Counted from the first letter of the stretch, positions 29,211 to 38,539 are shown. The stretch: 64,000 nucleotides of DNA from an uncultured Alteromonadales bacterium (GCA_937864365.1 CALMJT010000190.1:12147-76146); one strand, 5' to 3'. The notes: generated by a model from the sequence alone, not told the origin. Numbers and translations are program-made.

Positions 29211-31172
29211 CTAACGCGAACCTAAGACAAGACCATTGGCGACGCTGGGTAGCACTTTTGCTTGGCCGTTGATAATCGTCGCCCAAGTTTGTACCCGTTT
29301 CATTTTTCCCATGTTGTCTAATTGCAAGCTGCCGGTTGCTCCGTAGAGCTTGGTGCTGTCAATGGTTTCGAGCTGTTTTAATCTCGGATACAACCTAAAT
29401 GCATCAACACCCAAAGCATGCAAGCTCTGTAGCGACTCGGGTGTTTTTAGATTCCGTTCTAACTGGTCTTTTAATTCAGGATCGTAACCGAAGTACCAGG
29501 GTAAAGAGATAAAGCGTATTCCGTTTAGGTCACCATTTGCCCCTGCGCTGTCAAAACCGTTGTAAAGATGACTTGTAGCGTAGACGGGTACATCACCTGC
29601 GTAGTGGAATGCCAGTGTGGGCTTTAGCTGTTTAGCGTCACGATTGTTGGCAACCATGAATATCATATCGATATCATCGCGCGAGCGAGGTTCGAATTCG
29701 ATATTTTTACCAATAACTCGTCTCAAGTCTTTCATTCGTTGCTTGCTGCGATCGACCAATAGAGACGTTTCGATGATGTTTGAGAACTGCTGTTGTTCCG
29801 CAAACTGAGTATCGGCAGCGACTTCACCGCCTAACTCTAGCCAATGGGCCTTGAAAGCTTCCGCGGCACGTTGTCCCCAATCACGATTAGAGGCAAGAAT
29901 CATGACTCGACGCTTTCCGTCTAGCCAGGCTCGTTCTGCAATCTGATAACCTTCGTCTTCAGCCGATAAGCCGAATTGGAATAGATTTTCGGTGAGTAGT
30001 TGTTGGTCATTGAGATAGTTAAGGGCCAATGTTGGAACCGGTAAAACAGGTCGTAAATTCAACTCTTCAAGACTTTCTTTTTGCAGCGGGCCAATGATCG
30101 CTCCTGCGCCCTCGGCTACCGCCTGATCATAAACGGTGTTGATATTCGCACCTTCAGTGTCATAAATCTTAATTTGAATAGCCGAATCAGATTTGTTCAA
30201 TGAATCAAAATAAGTCGCCAAAAAACCATCTCGAATTGCACTGGCGGCACTGGCGTAACGTCCGGATAACGGCAAAAGTAAAGCGACTTGTTTGGGTTGA
30301 TTTACCACCAATTGCTGTAAGAGTTGTAGGTCTTGAGGAAGACTTCGGTTGGCTGGGTGATCTCGCCATTGCAGCCTCCAACCATTAACCTGCTGTAATT
30401 GTTGATCAAGAGATAAGTCGTTATTTTTCGAGATAGCCGCTAAGGCATACCAGCCTTTTAACAAACTTGAGGATTCACTTGTACTTAGCTCAACCAAAGA
30501 TGATTCCGGTAATGCGGTCAGCACTGCCCACAGTTTCTCGCTGTTTTCCTGTTCTTGTTCCGGCGTTGTTAATAGCGGAGTAATTGCCAAGTGTTCATGA
30601 ATGGCTTTTATAGATTCATCCAGCAATGCGTAAAGTAGCGCTCGGTGTTGGCGCAGCTTTAATTCGAGATCTGGCTCGAGTGTTGTTATTAAAAGATTGA
30701 GTCTGTTGCTGTTGAACAGGCGATTTGCAATAAAGTATTCGCCCTTGTTGAGGGCCAGTTCGCCATAACTGATTGAGTAATCAACAAAATTATTCTCATC
30801 TAAAAACTCAGGACGAATCTCATCATAAAGACGGAAAGACGCATCAATGTTGAGTTGATTGTAAAGAGCCTTAGCAGCAGCAAGTTTAAAGGCTTGAGCT
30901 TGATCTTGGGCACCTTGTTGCTCGGCAAACTGAGCTTTATCGAGCAGCGATTGAATGGATTCGCTGGTGTTTTGTGACGGGTTCAAGCTTTGATTTTGTG
31001 GTTTTTCGTTACCGCCACAACCAACAAGTACTCCGCATAAGCTCACCGCTAACAGAGATATTTTGAGTGTCTGAGTCGGGACCCGTATACTTGCTCGCAA
31101 ATTATTGAACGAACCTGCAATAAATTCTTCTGTTTTAGCTTCGTTGTTGAATGATGATGGCTTTGAACGCAT
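29211..31172 (-). CDS. lpoA: Penicillin-binding protein activator LpoA (LppC family)
   Basis: Lipobox LVGC; VALLLPLSG, IIGPLQK, LALN and FGLSAEDE motifs. TTG at 31100 is a plausible alternative start giving a normal-length signal peptide. Confidence 0.9.
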   Translation of the reverse strand: MRSKPSSFNNEAKTEEFIAGSFNNLRASIRVPTQTLKISLLAVSLCGVLVGCGGNEKPQNQSLNPSQNTSESIQSLLDKAQFAEQQGAQDQAQAFKLAAAKALYNQLNIDASFRLYDEIRPEFLDENNFVDYSISYGELALNKGEYFIANRLFNSNRLNLLITTLEPDLELKLRQHRALLYALLDESIKAIHEHLAITPLLTTPEQEQENSEKLWAVLTALPESSLVELSTSESSSLLKGWYALAAISKNNDLSLDQQLQQVNGWRLQWRDHPANRSLPQDLQLLQQLVVNQPKQVALLLPLSGRYASAASAIRDGFLATYFDSLNKSDSAIQIKIYDTEGANINTVYDQAVAEGAGAIIGPLQKESLEELNLRPVLPVPTLALNYLNDQQLLTENLFQFGLSAEDEGYQIAERAWLDGKRRVMILASNRDWGQRAAEAFKAHWLELGGEVAADTQFAEQQQFSNIIETSLLVDRSKQRMKDLRRVIGKNIEFEPRSRDDIDMIFMVANNRDAKQLKPTLAFHYAGDVPVYATSHLYNGFDSAGANGDLNGIRFISLPWYFGYDPELKDQLERNLKTPESLQSLHALGVDAFRLYPRLKQLETIDSTKLYGATGSLQLDNMGKMKRVQTWATIINGQAKVLPSVANGLVLGSR

Positions 31173-31202
31173 GAATTATCTTGCCCTGATTTCAGGAAAT
31201 TT

Positions 31203-32051
31203 ATGACTTCTAATACAAATTGGGGGCAATTGTACATTGTCGCCACCCCAATCGGTAACCTCGCAGATATGGCTCCGAGAGCTCTAGACGTTTTGAGTCG
31301 AGTCGATTTAATTGCCGCAGAAGATACACGTCACAGTATTAAGTTGCTAGAACACTTCCAAATCAGTACAACGATGACTGCCTATCACGACTTCAGTGAC
31401 AACAATTCTACCGAAAAGCTCATTGATAAACTCAAATCTGGGTTAAATATTGCGCTTATTTCTGATGCTGGAACGCCATTGATATCTGACCCTGGATATC
31501 GATTGGTGCAACGTGCTCGCCAAGAAGGTCTATCGGTAACGCCCATTCCTGGGGCTTGTGCATTAATTGCTGCACTTTCGGCATCTGGCCTCGCTACAGA
31601 TCGTTTTCACTTTGAAGGCTTTCTACCCGCTAAAACTGTGGCGCGCTCAAAAATATTGTCTGATCTGAGCAAGGTGACCGCGACCTTGGTTTTTTACGAA
31701 GCTCCACACAGAATTCTTTCAAGCTTACAAGACATGGCAACGGTGTTTGGTGGTGAGCGGCAAGTCGTTGTAGCCAGAGAGCTATCTAAGACCTTTGAGA
31801 CATTTCTTTCCGGCTCGTTGGATGAAGTTATTACCACTGTGAGCTGTGATTCAAATCAGCAACGAGGCGAAATTGTTGTGATGGTTTCTGGAGCCGTATT
31901 TGACGCTACCGAAATTGATCCTGATGCGCAAAAACTGCTCCTATTACTCATTCAATCATTACCACTTAAACAAGCAGCGTCGATTGTGAGTGAATACAGT
32001 GGTATCAAAAAAAATAAGCTCTACGACTGGGGCTTGTCTCAAAAAGATTAG
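31203..32051 (+). CDS. rsmI: 16S rRNA C1402 2'-O-methyltransferase
   Basis: LYIVATPIGNLAD, AEDTR, SDAGTPLISDPG and ARELSKTFE motifs. Confidence 0.97.
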   Translation: MTSNTNWGQLYIVATPIGNLADMAPRALDVLSRVDLIAAEDTRHSIKLLEHFQISTTMTAYHDFSDNNSTEKLIDKLKSGLNIALISDAGTPLISDPGYRLVQRARQEGLSVTPIPGACALIAALSASGLATDRFHFEGFLPAKTVARSKILSDLSKVTATLVFYEAPHRILSSLQDMATVFGGERQVVVARELSKTFETFLSGSLDEVITTVSCDSNQQRGEIVVMVSGAVFDATEIDPDAQKLLLLLIQSLPLKQAASIVSEYSGIKKNKLYDWGLSQKD

Positions 32052-32085
32052 TCCAATCTTATAATAAGCTTGGTATTCATTCGGC

Positions 32086-32114
32086 TTGCTTCGCGATCTA
32101 TAAAAAAGTAACCT
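32086..32114 (+). promoter_or_regulatory. Sigma-70 promoter of rnpB
   Basis: TTGCTT-17 bp-TAACCT plus GC-rich discriminator ACGCGC; predicted +1 (32121) coincides with the 5' end of the RNase P RNA. Confidence 0.75.
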
Positions 32115-32120
32115 ACGCGC

Positions 32121-32464
<344 letters not shown>

Positions 32465-32711
32465 AATTTTATTTCTCGCCAAATCTCTTTTCTCTATTGA
32501 GCACTTTTCGCACATTGATATCTTTGAGCGTTAAGAACCGCTTAAGTATTTTCTAATAATAAGCTTTTATCTTCGAATAGAACTTATTCCTACAAATCTA
32601 AATCGAAGTTATCTCTTGGATTTAAATAAATATTAATAACAAAACTCGCACAATAGTTAGCATTTATTTGAACTACTATTTTATTTGTTAATTTAATGCG
32701 ATATTCGCTGA

Positions 32712-32999
32712 TTAAAGATGTTCTTTTTGAATGGCGTTTAGCAGCTCGGCGAGTAAACTTTGAGAGACCTGCTCAACATTCATGACAAAAAGCAGTTGTA
32801 ATAATAGGTCGGCGCCCAAAATTCCTCGATTAATCTTATTTCGAAGATTGGCCGCTGTTTGCACGGTACCGTGTTTAGCGAGCAGTTCGCTTAGGTCATC
32901 GTATTTGAGCTTTTTCTTGCTCATTTCGGCTTTTATGAGTCGGCTAACCAACTCGCGCCATTGAACATTGGGTTTTGCATCGTTGCTAATAGTATTCAT
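32712..32999 (-). CDS. DUF6471-like small putative DNA-binding (HTH-like) protein
   Basis: W...V.RLIKAEM.KKKLKYDDLS.LL...G...TAANLRNKINRG...AD.LLQ.L resembles DUF6471 (recognised from memory); ATG at 32999, divergent from yjfI. Confidence 0.7.
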   Translation of the reverse strand: MNTISNDAKPNVQWRELVSRLIKAEMSKKKLKYDDLSELLAKHGTVQTAANLRNKINRGILGADLLLQLLFVMNVEQVSQSLLAELLNAIQKEHL

Positions 33000-33000
33000 G

Positions 33001-33018
33001 TGTAAACCATTTTTTACA
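33001..33018. promoter_or_regulatory. Perfect palindromic operator TGTAAA-N6-TTTACA (TyrR/PhhR-box consensus)
   Basis: TGTAAA CCATTT TTTACA in the 117-bp divergent spacer. Confidence 0.5.
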
Positions 33019-33116
33019 AAAAAACATTTTACAGACATTTTAAATGTTATATGATGTGCACGCTAGCTAGTAAAACCGTGCCAAAATAAATTAATTAACT
33101 TAGGAGAGAGCTTGGT

Positions 33117-33506
33117 ATGGGTTGTAATCTCACACAAGTAGAGGAAATGTTAAAGGAGAACGATCATTGGGCAGTGCACACAGAGAACGGAGTTCTGTGC
33201 ATTACCAATGCTGATGGCATTGATGCCTTCCTCGCCGTAAGTGGTGAGCAAATAGTGGTTGAATCTATTTTATTTGCTAAAAGTCAGGTCAAAGATGTGG
33301 CTGGACTGAATGATGAAATCCTAAAAACGCATCAAGTTTTCCCTCTGACAACGATAGCAATTTCGACCATAGATGGGCAGGAATATTACGTCGCCTTCGG
33401 AGCGCTTTCTTCTCAATCCGACAAAGAAAGCATCAAAATCGAAGTGGAAACACTTTTCGATAATATTGAAGGTTTTTTAGACGCTTACGAAAATTATTTG
33501 CAATAA
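33117..33506 (+). CDS. yjfI: YjfI/DUF2170 family protein
   Basis: GEQIVVESILF, ILKTHQVFPLT, YYVAFGALS; first gene of a yjfI-J-K-L-M-C-like cluster. Confidence 0.8.
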   Translation: MGCNLTQVEEMLKENDHWAVHTENGVLCITNADGIDAFLAVSGEQIVVESILFAKSQVKDVAGLNDEILKTHQVFPLTTIAISTIDGQEYYVAFGALSSQSDKESIKIEVETLFDNIEGFLDAYENYLQ

Positions 33507-33554
33507 ATTTTGATTCCACGACATTAGCTGTCGTGAGAAAAATGAGGTGTTCAT

Positions 33555-34238
33555 ATGAGTGTTTGGAGAAAATTAGTGACCGCAGTGAAAGGCGGTGTGA
33601 ACGAAGTTGCTGAGACTGTTGCTGATAGTCAAGCATTGCGTATTCTAGATCAAGAAATTCGTGAGGCAAAAGAAGAGCTGCGCCGATCAGATACTGCACT
33701 GACTCAAATTATGGCCAAACGTAAATTGGCTGAGCAAAAGGTCGCAAGCCTAAAACAATCTGTGTCTGAGTATGAATCTCATGCCATTACAGCCAACGAA
33801 AAAGGTGACCAGCAATTAGCGTTAGATTGCGCACAACGTGTGGTTGATTTAAGTGGCCAGCTTGAGAACGAGCAACAATTTGTTGATCAATTCAATCAGT
33901 CTGAAAAAGCACTTAGAGCTAATATTGAAAAAGCGAAGAATAATCTTCGTAAAATGGAACAACAAGTGGATATGGTAAAAGCCACTGAGTCTGTTCAAAA
34001 AGCACAAACTGCTGTGTCTTCACGCCATATGGGCGCAAACAGCAAGATGAAAACCGCAGCAGAATCGCTGAGTCGAATTCAAGATCGTCAAAAAGAACGT
34101 CAAGCTCAGCTTGAAGCTGCCGGCGAGCTTGCGGAAGCAGAATCGGGCGATGCACTCGAAAAACGTTTACGTGAAGCCGGTATTAATGGCGGCAATAAGT
34201 CTGCTAGCGATGAACTCGCGAGGATTTTGGCAAAATAA
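33555..34238 (+). CDS. PspA/IM30 (ESCRT-III-like) family protein, YjfJ type
   Basis: Amphipathic N-terminus MSVWRKLVTAVKG, ILDQEIRE, and a long coiled coil. Confidence 0.9.
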   Translation: MSVWRKLVTAVKGGVNEVAETVADSQALRILDQEIREAKEELRRSDTALTQIMAKRKLAEQKVASLKQSVSEYESHAITANEKGDQQLALDCAQRVVDLSGQLENEQQFVDQFNQSEKALRANIEKAKNNLRKMEQQVDMVKATESVQKAQTAVSSRHMGANSKMKTAAESLSRIQDRQKERQAQLEAAGELAEAESGDALEKRLREAGINGGNKSASDELARILAK

Positions 34239-34241
34239 CAA

Positions 34242-35291
34242 ATGCACGTGTTTAACTATTTACGAAAATTGTTAATCCGGCATTTTCTAGAGCTGCGCTG
34301 GCAAACCTTTGTGTTGGTCATCGCGGCTTATTTTTTTATAAGCTGGGTACTATTACGACTAAGCGGTGAGGCAGCTATCACCGATCTTAGTGTTTTTTTT
34401 TACTGGATGATGGTTACTGCATCGACCGTAGGTTACGGTGATTTTTCACCAACAACTGTTGCCGGGCGTTATGCAGTATCGCTGTTTGTTATTCCCGTTG
34501 GACTTAGTCTCTTTGGTTTGGCGGTTGGACGTATTGCGGCGTTTATTTCTTTTCAGTGGCATCGTGGCGTAAAAGGGTTAAAAACTTTGCATTATCAAGA
34601 TCATATTGTCGTAATTGGCTGGAATGGAGCTCGCACGTTGCAGTTGCTGCGATTGTTGCTGCGTGAAATGGAACACCAAGACAAACCTAAGAATATTGTT
34701 CTTTGTGTACGAGTCGATATTGAAAATCCACTACCAAACGATATTGGATTTGTTCGAGCTGAAAGCTTTACCAGTGATTCGGATATGGAGAGAGCCTCCA
34801 TCGATAAGGCTGCTACCATAATTATCGATAATCCAGACGATGATATTACTCTTACCACGGCACTGTATTGCCACAGCAAAAATCCCACCGCACATTCCAT
34901 CGCGTATTTTTCAGAAGAGTCTTTAGGGTTGTTGCTCAATAAGCACTGTCCTAATGTGGAGTGCCTCCCCTCTGTTGCCGTCGAAATGATGGCCAAAGCT
35001 GCGGTCGATCCCGGTTCTAGCTTTTTGCATCATGAATTATTGAATGTCGATAAAGGCATGACTCAATATTCGTTACGCTTTAATTTTGAACGAGAATTAA
35101 GTGTTGAAGACTTATTTTTGTATTTAAAACGATCTTTTGATGCAACGCTCATTGCTATTGCCGATCCGTCTAACTGGCAAATTTCTTTAAACCCAAAACT
35201 CAATGAACAAGTCAAACCTGGGTATGTGATTTATTACATTGCGGATGAGCGTATTCAATTTATTGATTGGAGCGGTATAAATGTTCAGTAA
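34242..35291 (+). CDS. 2-TM potassium channel with RCK domain
   Basis: Selectivity filter TASTVGYGDFSP between two TM helices; Rossmann-like RCK start HIVVIGW. Confidence 0.9.
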   Translation: MHVFNYLRKLLIRHFLELRWQTFVLVIAAYFFISWVLLRLSGEAAITDLSVFFYWMMVTASTVGYGDFSPTTVAGRYAVSLFVIPVGLSLFGLAVGRIAAFISFQWHRGVKGLKTLHYQDHIVVIGWNGARTLQLLRLLLREMEHQDKPKNIVLCVRVDIENPLPNDIGFVRAESFTSDSDMERASIDKAATIIIDNPDDDITLTTALYCHSKNPTAHSIAYFSEESLGLLLNKHCPNVECLPSVAVEMMAKAAVDPGSSFLHHELLNVDKGMTQYSLRFNFERELSVEDLFLYLKRSFDATLIAIADPSNWQISLNPKLNEQVKPGYVIYYIADERIQFIDWSGINVQ

Positions 35292-35931
35292 ACTGTTTGG
35301 AAAATCTAAAGAAAAACCCGCCCAAAGCTTGGTTCCTGAAATTATGGGTTTACGATTGGGCGGCGCATTTAATTTAGATGAACTAAGAATGCGTTTAATA
35401 GAGCCAAAGTTAACCGTAGAAGGTGTTGCCAGAACTCAGTTTATTCAAGCAGTTGGCCGCGTCGTGATGGATGACGACTCTGTTATTTTGCGTTTTTACA
35501 CCGACGATGATGGATTTTTACAGGTTGTCCTTTCCGGTGGCGAGTCCGAAGAAAATATTACCAATGTTCAACTTTGGTATTTTTACGATACTCAGGGTAT
35601 CGGGAGTCAACGCGATTGGGATCAGTTATTGAAATCGAGCGTTAGCCAAGAATCTTTCAGTTTAGAAGGTGAGCAATTTTCTCGCTTGTGGACCAGTACC
35701 GGGTCAGAATCTCCGCCGGTGGCAATGACAGAAACAACCTACATGGAAAAGGGCAAAACCTCTGAAACTGATCAGTTTGTTATGCTGTACGAGCGCGTTA
35801 TTGAAGATGGGTTGGTTGAATATGCAATGATTTCTGCCGAAGAAAAAATCATTGATAACAATTACGATCGCTGCGTAGTAAAAAGCACTGGCTTTGATTT
35901 AATGGTTTCGGATATTGATATTGTTGGGTAG
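35281..35931 (+). CDS. yjfK: YjfK/DUF2491 family protein
   Basis: LGGAFNLD, I.AVG.V.MD, LRFYTDDDGFLQV and PPVAMTE motifs; 11-nt overlap with the channel gene. Confidence 0.8.
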   Translation: MFSKLFGKSKEKPAQSLVPEIMGLRLGGAFNLDELRMRLIEPKLTVEGVARTQFIQAVGRVVMDDDSVILRFYTDDDGFLQVVLSGGESEENITNVQLWYFYDTQGIGSQRDWDQLLKSSVSQESFSLEGEQFSRLWTSTGSESPPVAMTETTYMEKGKTSETDQFVMLYERVIEDGLVEYAMISAEEKIIDNNYDRCVVKSTGFDLMVSDIDIVG

Positions 35932-36252
35932 CGCACCATTTTTTACAGAATAATTATTTTAAAATGCATCTTAAAACACAGTGTTTATTGAATAGTCCCG
36001 TTTTATATTGGGCGGGGTTTCTAAGGCTGTTTCAAAAAATTACTGGTTGATTCTCTTTTGATTCATTCAGTGGTAAGAAATGAAAATATAATTTCAATAC
36101 CATCTCAATGACGTATCATTGCCAGAATTGGTGGCGTATTTTTACATCGCCGGGTGCTCTGGGTTAATTATTCTCAATAAATTAGAGTCACCTCAAAATT
36201 TAGTTTGATTGATGATTAAAAATTATTTTTAGAATGAATTCGGGATAAGTGT

Positions 36253-36669
36253 ATGGAAGCTTTGCAAAACTCTCTACTCGGTCTGGGTAATTTTGCCCTT
36301 TATTTTGCGATCTCTTTGGTATTTCTCTTCTTATTTAAAGCAATTTACGCTTGGTTTACCCCTCACGACGAATGGAAGCTTGTTAAAGAAGAAAAAAACA
36401 TTGCCGCTGCTGTGGGTTTCTCAGGAGCAATTATTGGGTTTTGTTTAGCGTTAGCCAGTGCTGCAAGTAATTCTGTATCGATCATTGATTACACTATTTG
36501 GGCGGTTGTTGCATTAATTGCGCAGTTAATAGCTTTTGTAATTGTACGCTTTGTGTTTATGCCCAAACTCGTTCAACGTATTAATGATAATGAAATCTCA
36601 GCGGGTATTATGCTAGGCGGTACATCTATCGCCGTAGGTTTATTAAACGCGGCCTGCATGACCTATTAA
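36253..36669 (+). CDS. yjfL: YjfL/DUF350 4-TM membrane protein
   Basis: FTPHDEW.LV...NIAAA and NEISAG internal repeat; four hydrophobic helices. Confidence 0.85.
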   Translation: MEALQNSLLGLGNFALYFAISLVFLFLFKAIYAWFTPHDEWKLVKEEKNIAAAVGFSGAIIGFCLALASAASNSVSIIDYTIWAVVALIAQLIAFVIVRFVFMPKLVQRINDNEISAGIMLGGTSIAVGLLNAACMTY

Positions 36670-36683
36670 TTGGAGCGTGAATC

Positions 36684-37352
36684 ATGAAGAGAACTCGTTC
36701 AATTAATTTGCAGCGAATGCGCAAGCTCGACCAATCTACTATTGGCTCAATACTTACTACGCACTTAAAACCAATTGTTGTGTCTGTTGCGGCAGCGACC
36801 TTAGTTGCCTGTTCAGATGGCGGTGAAAAAGGGGTTGTATACAGCGATGCCTCCGACTGCATCAGTCAAAATCCCGAACAAGCTGAAACCTGCCAGGCCG
36901 CGTATAACGAAGCTCTTGGTAAAGCCAGTGAATCCGGCCCCAAATACTCCACGCTTGAGTCCTGCACCTACGAGTTTGGTGAGCGAAACTGTGTTCCTTA
37001 CCAAGCGCCAAGTGGGCAGAGTTGGTTTGTTCCAGCCATGGCTGGCTTTATTTTAGCGAATGTTATCGACGACATTACCGATCGTAGACGCTATCAAACC
37101 GCGCCACTTTATACCTCTTACTCAAGGCACTCTCCATTTTACGGCCAATGGTCTTCTGTTGATGGCTACGTGTATGGCCCGAGTCGGTACGGATCAATCC
37201 GGGTAGATGATTCTGCATTTAAACCAAAACCTAAGGTTACTAAGACAATCGCTCGCGGTGGTTTTGGATCGACTGTTGCCGCCAAGTCGAATTGGAGTAG
37301 TAGCTCGTCGAAAAGTGGTTGGGGTTCATCTAAAGGCGGTTGGGGCGGTTAA
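36684..37352 (+). CDS. yjfM: YjfM/YgiB (DUF1190) lipoprotein
   Basis: MKRTRSINL.RMRK N-terminus, lipobox LVAC, four further Cys, WFVPAMAGF, ARGGFG and a Gly/Ser-rich tail ending GG. Confidence 0.85.
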   Translation: MKRTRSINLQRMRKLDQSTIGSILTTHLKPIVVSVAAATLVACSDGGEKGVVYSDASDCISQNPEQAETCQAAYNEALGKASESGPKYSTLESCTYEFGERNCVPYQAPSGQSWFVPAMAGFILANVIDDITDRRRYQTAPLYTSYSRHSPFYGQWSSVDGYVYGPSRYGSIRVDDSAFKPKPKVTKTIARGGFGSTVAAKSNWSSSSSKSGWGSSKGGWGG

Positions 37353-37354
37353 TT

Positions 37355-38539
37355 GTGCGTCGAATTAAGACGCGGGAGCGAAATGACTGGCAAGGCTTGG
37401 CATTAGAGTTTGGATTTAAATTCCACACCATGTATGGCCAAGCCTACTGGGACGAGACGGCGTATTACGAGTTCTCCCTAGAGCAGATTGAGCGCGATAT
37501 CGAATCTCCCACCGAGGAGATTCACCAGATGTGTTTGCAGGTTGTCGATCGAGTCGTTGACAGCGAAGAGCTTATGGCTTTATTTCAAATTCCATGCGAT
37601 CAGTGGGATTTGGTTCGAAATTCCTGGAAGCAAAAAGAACCGAGCTTATATTCTCGGCTCGATCTCGCATACAACGGCAGCTCACCGGCCAAACTCTTCG
37701 AAAACAACGCAGATACACCGACAAGCTTATACGAATCAGGCTTTTGGCAATGGTTATGGCTAGAGGATAAGATTCGTTCTGCTGAGTTGTCCAATCAAAG
37801 CGATCAATTCAATTCTATTCAGGAAAAGCTAATCGATCGTTTCCGATTTTTATCGCAGCACTATCAACAGAATCTGTTTCATTTTTCCTGCTGTAAAGAC
37901 ACCGATGAAGATCGCGGAACCGTTCAATACCTAGAGGACTGTGCTAGAGAAGCTGGTTTAGATAGCGAGTTTGTTTATGTAGAGGATATTGGCTTGGGCT
38001 ATCTAGAGTCTGAGCAACGGTCGGTTTTTACGGACTCTTCTGATCAAGTCATTGATGTGTTGTTTAAATTGTATCCTTGGGAGTTTATGCTCAGGGAAGA
38101 TTTTGCCGAGCATCTGGATGAGGCAGGTGTTCGTTGGCTAGAACCAGCCTGGAAGGCGCTCGTATCTAACAAAGCACTACTTCCATTATTGTGGGAGATG
38201 TTTCCCCGTCACCCGAATCTACTGCCTTGTTTTTTTTCGGAGCAAGCGGCGATCGATGCGGGACTGAGGCATTTTGTTAAGAAGCCGATTTTTGCCCGCG
38301 AAGGCGCTAACGTGAGCATCGTTAATGATGGAAAGGTTACCTTTCAATCAGATGGCCCTTACGGGGACGAAGGCTATATTTTTCAGGCTTACGAACCTCT
38401 CCCTCAATTTGACGGCAATTACACACTGATTGGTTCGTGGTTGATAAATGATCAGGCTGCGGGAATTTCGGTTCGCGAAGATACCCAAATCATTACCCAG
38501 GATCTATCGCGCTATCTTCCACACTGTATAAAACCTTAG
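37355..38539 (+). CDS. yjfC: Glutathionylspermidine-synthase-like ATP-grasp ligase (YjfC/YgiC)
   Basis: YWDE, YSRLDLAY, FENNADTPTSLYE, FKLYPWE, EPAWK...SNK and KPIFAREGAN motifs; no amidase domain; GTG at 37355. Confidence 0.92.
   Translation: MRRIKTRERNDWQGLALEFGFKFHTMYGQAYWDETAYYEFSLEQIERDIESPTEEIHQMCLQVVDRVVDSEELMALFQIPCDQWDLVRNSWKQKEPSLYSRLDLAYNGSSPAKLFENNADTPTSLYESGFWQWLWLEDKIRSAELSNQSDQFNSIQEKLIDRFRFLSQHYQQNLFHFSCCKDTDEDRGTVQYLEDCAREAGLDSEFVYVEDIGLGYLESEQRSVFTDSSDQVIDVLFKLYPWEFMLREDFAEHLDEAGVRWLEPAWKALVSNKALLPLLWEMFPRHPNLLPCFFSEQAAIDAGLRHFVKKPIFAREGANVSIVNDGKVTFQSDGPYGDEGYIFQAYEPLPQFDGNYTLIGSWLINDQAAGISVREDTQIITQDLSRYLPHCIKP

Noticed and set aside
31100-31202. Very short (30-bp) divergent gap between lpoA and rsmI and an over-long LpoA signal peptide
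   Set aside because: Most simply explained by a downstream TTG start at 31100; an annotation issue rather than biology
33068-33084. TGGCACG-containing sigma-54-like motif in the DUF6471/yjfI spacer (minus strand)
   Set aside because: No GC at the -12 position with the obligatory GG-N10-GC spacing, and no PspF-like activator is nearby
36025-36038. GGCTGTTTCAAAAA, reminiscent of some IS5-family ends
   Set aside because: No partner inverted repeat and no transposase fragment nearby
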